Assembly (NCBI GenBank): GCA_951406725.2 | Contig: OX597814.1 | Coordinates: 97,774,001-97,838,000 of the forward strand | Direction: 5' to 3' | Length of the DNA stretch: 64,000 bases | Source: Octopus vulgaris | Lineage: Eukaryota | Shown: one piece after another, positions 61,853 through 64,000 of the stretch | Numbering within the stretch: the first letter of the stretch is position 1 | Layout: each line of letters begins with the position of its first letter | Position numbers and translations under genes: made by a program | Notes under the pieces: model-generated | The model's database searches: none | What the model was told of the DNA's origin: nothing | What the model saw: only the letters and a program-made list of their open reading frames with translations

Positions 61853-62476
61853 AGAAACTGTAGAAGTCTGTTATATATGTGTGTATGTTTGTGTGTTTGT
61901 GTATGAATGCATGTCTATGTGTTTGTGATTGTCTCCCACTACCACTTGTTAAGTGGTGTTTGTTTGTTTATGTCCCCATAACTTAGTGGTTCAGCAAAAG
62001 AGGCTGATAGAATAAGTACCAGACTTCAAAATAACTATTAGATTTGATTTGACTAAACCCCTTCAAGGAGGTGGCCCAGCTTGGCTGCAGTCCAATGAAT
62101 GAAACAAGTAAATGATAGAGGATAGAAAGAGATAGTGTGTGTGTGTGTGTGAGAACATTGTCATTGGTGGCATTAATTTATATCTGAGTAGTTGATCTGC
62201 AGTGAGTGGTTGAGCCTCTTCAATCTGATGGGTGCATAGAGTGCTGGTGCCTGAGGTAGCCATTCAAGCCAAGAGTAGAATAGAAGGATATGTGAGGACA
62301 TGCATCTTATGAAAATAGCAAAGGATTAATAGAAGTCAAGTCAATTTAATCCAGATTCAAAATATAAATTAGCAACGGACAAATTGCTTGTTTTCCTTTT
62401 ACTCTTTTTCATTTCATTTTGTTCTTTTTTACTGATTTATTTATATATTTATTTATTTTTTTGTTGGAAATTACAG

Positions 62477-62604
62477 ATTCTGATAAATCTCGAATACAAC
62501 AAATGAAAGCAGAGTTAAAGGATTTACGAGATTTAGTTTACAAATTAAACAGAGAACTGAGTAAATATCAAGCGAAATTTGGTTGTGCTGAAGTCCTAAT
62601 AGAA
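62477..62604 (+). CDS. CEP89: CEP89 coding exon (128 nt, phase 1-0), conserved coiled coil
   Basis: ttacAG/GTAAAT; LVYKLNRELSKYQAKF matches the conserved CEP89 block VHRLNVELSRYQTKF as recalled. Confidence 0.85.
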
Positions 62605-64000
62605 GTAAATTTATATTCATATTTGCATATTACATCTCAAGCTTAAATTTTCTATAACATATATTCTTTTATTCTTTTACTTGTTTCTGTCATGTGATTG
62701 TGGCTATGCTGGAATGCCACCTGTGTTTATCATTAAAAAATCCCATGTACGAAAATAATTGAAAAGAATAAAAAAAACTATAATTTGTCCAACCCGTGCT
62801 AGCGCGGAAAACGGACGTTAAACGATGATGATGATGATGATGATGATGATGATAGTCATATTAGTAGACATGTTTATTTAAATAATTACTATTTTATTTA
62901 ATTATGACTAAACTATTTAATTGATCTTACATCCCTTGATAATAATGGAGGGTCCTGAATTGTCAGTTTCCATACCAATTCAGTGACCGAGACAACATCA
63001 CCCCACCCACACACCTGAACGGGGTCATCAGAGTGAACTGGAACAAAGTGAAATGAAGCGTTTTGCTCCAGACTCGCAACACAGTCTCAGACACAAAACC
63101 ACGATCTTGCAAGTGCAGCACCTTTATCCACGAGACCAGGTACCATCATACATATAGATGTACATATGATGGCAAACGGAACAGTTTGTAGGACTTTCTG
63201 AATGGCATGCCTCATGAAAACTTACCATGAATTCTTTTAGTAGTGTGACCTTGTGTGATGAAGATACATGTCCCATGTGGTCCACTTCTCACTAGTGTAG
63301 CTGAACTGCTAAGTTACAGGGACATAAGCGAACCAACACCAGTGTTGGGGGACAGAGAGAAAGACACACACATTAAACATGCCACACACACATATGCATA
63401 TGTGACAGGCTTCTTTCAGTTTCTATCTACCAAATCTACTCACAAGGCTTTGGTTGGCTTGGGGCCATTGTAGAAAACACTTGCTCAAGGTACCATACAC
63501 TGGGATTGAAACCAGATCCATGTGGTTGGGAAGCAAGCTTCTTACCACATAATCATGCCTGTGTCTGTGAGTAACACCTGTACCTATGTTTGTCTTAATT
63601 ACAAAGATCTTTTGTTTCTTTGACATAGTTGCTAGTCTGTGGCCAGCACTGTGAAAACAGCTGTTTTATAAACAATGTAAACAATAATTTTATATTATGT
63701 AATTGCTATAACCAGCATTACAACTTTGGAGTTAATCCAATATACCAAATGAAGCTTGCTTTGCAACCATTTTAGGGTTCGGTCCCAATGTGCAACACCT
63801 TGGGCAAGTGTCTTTTACTATAGCCCTGGGCCAACCAACCCCTTAGGAGTGAATTTTGTAGATGCAAACTGTTAGGTAACTTGTTGTGTATGGGAGGAGG
63901 ATGTGTATTTGTGTTTGTCCCTCATTACCATTTGACAGCTAGGATTGATTTTTTTGACTAAACCCTTCAAGGTGGTGCCCCTTGTGTGATCATAGTCCAA

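Overview
Eukaryotic, AT-rich, repeat-dense animal DNA, most likely an octopus or other coleoid cephalopod judging by its SINE, RTE and microsatellite repertoire (inference). There are two spliced host genes. One is an unidentified minus-strand gene with three phase-compatible exons at 14596-14521, 2531-2355 and 79-<1. The other is a plus-strand CEP89 homologue with coding exons at 45331-45354, 52152-52369, 59839-59992, 60393-60464, 61274-61373 and 62477-62604; it runs off the window and has an RFX X-box in its CpG-retaining promoter. The rest is layered mobile DNA: an intron-containing hATm-like transposon with an apparent 5-bp TSD, a Naiad-type Penelope-like element (PLE) with a long-stem-II hammerhead ribozyme, a second hammerhead in an isolated PLE end, and a CsRn1-clade Gypsy (416-bp LTRs, tRNA-Trp PBS, -1 frameshift site, short gag) nested in the RNase H motif of an older Gypsy. 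There is also a near-intact CR1-type LINE, RTE LINEs, a mariner, Helitrons, piggyBac-type and hAT MITEs and several SINE families. The most interesting signals are the hammerheads and PLE ends, inverted repeats enclosing one CEP89 exon, and one-sided CpG decay between twin LTRs. I found no system I can claim as new. Most short ORFs in the supplied track are spurious. All alignments and folds were done by eye.
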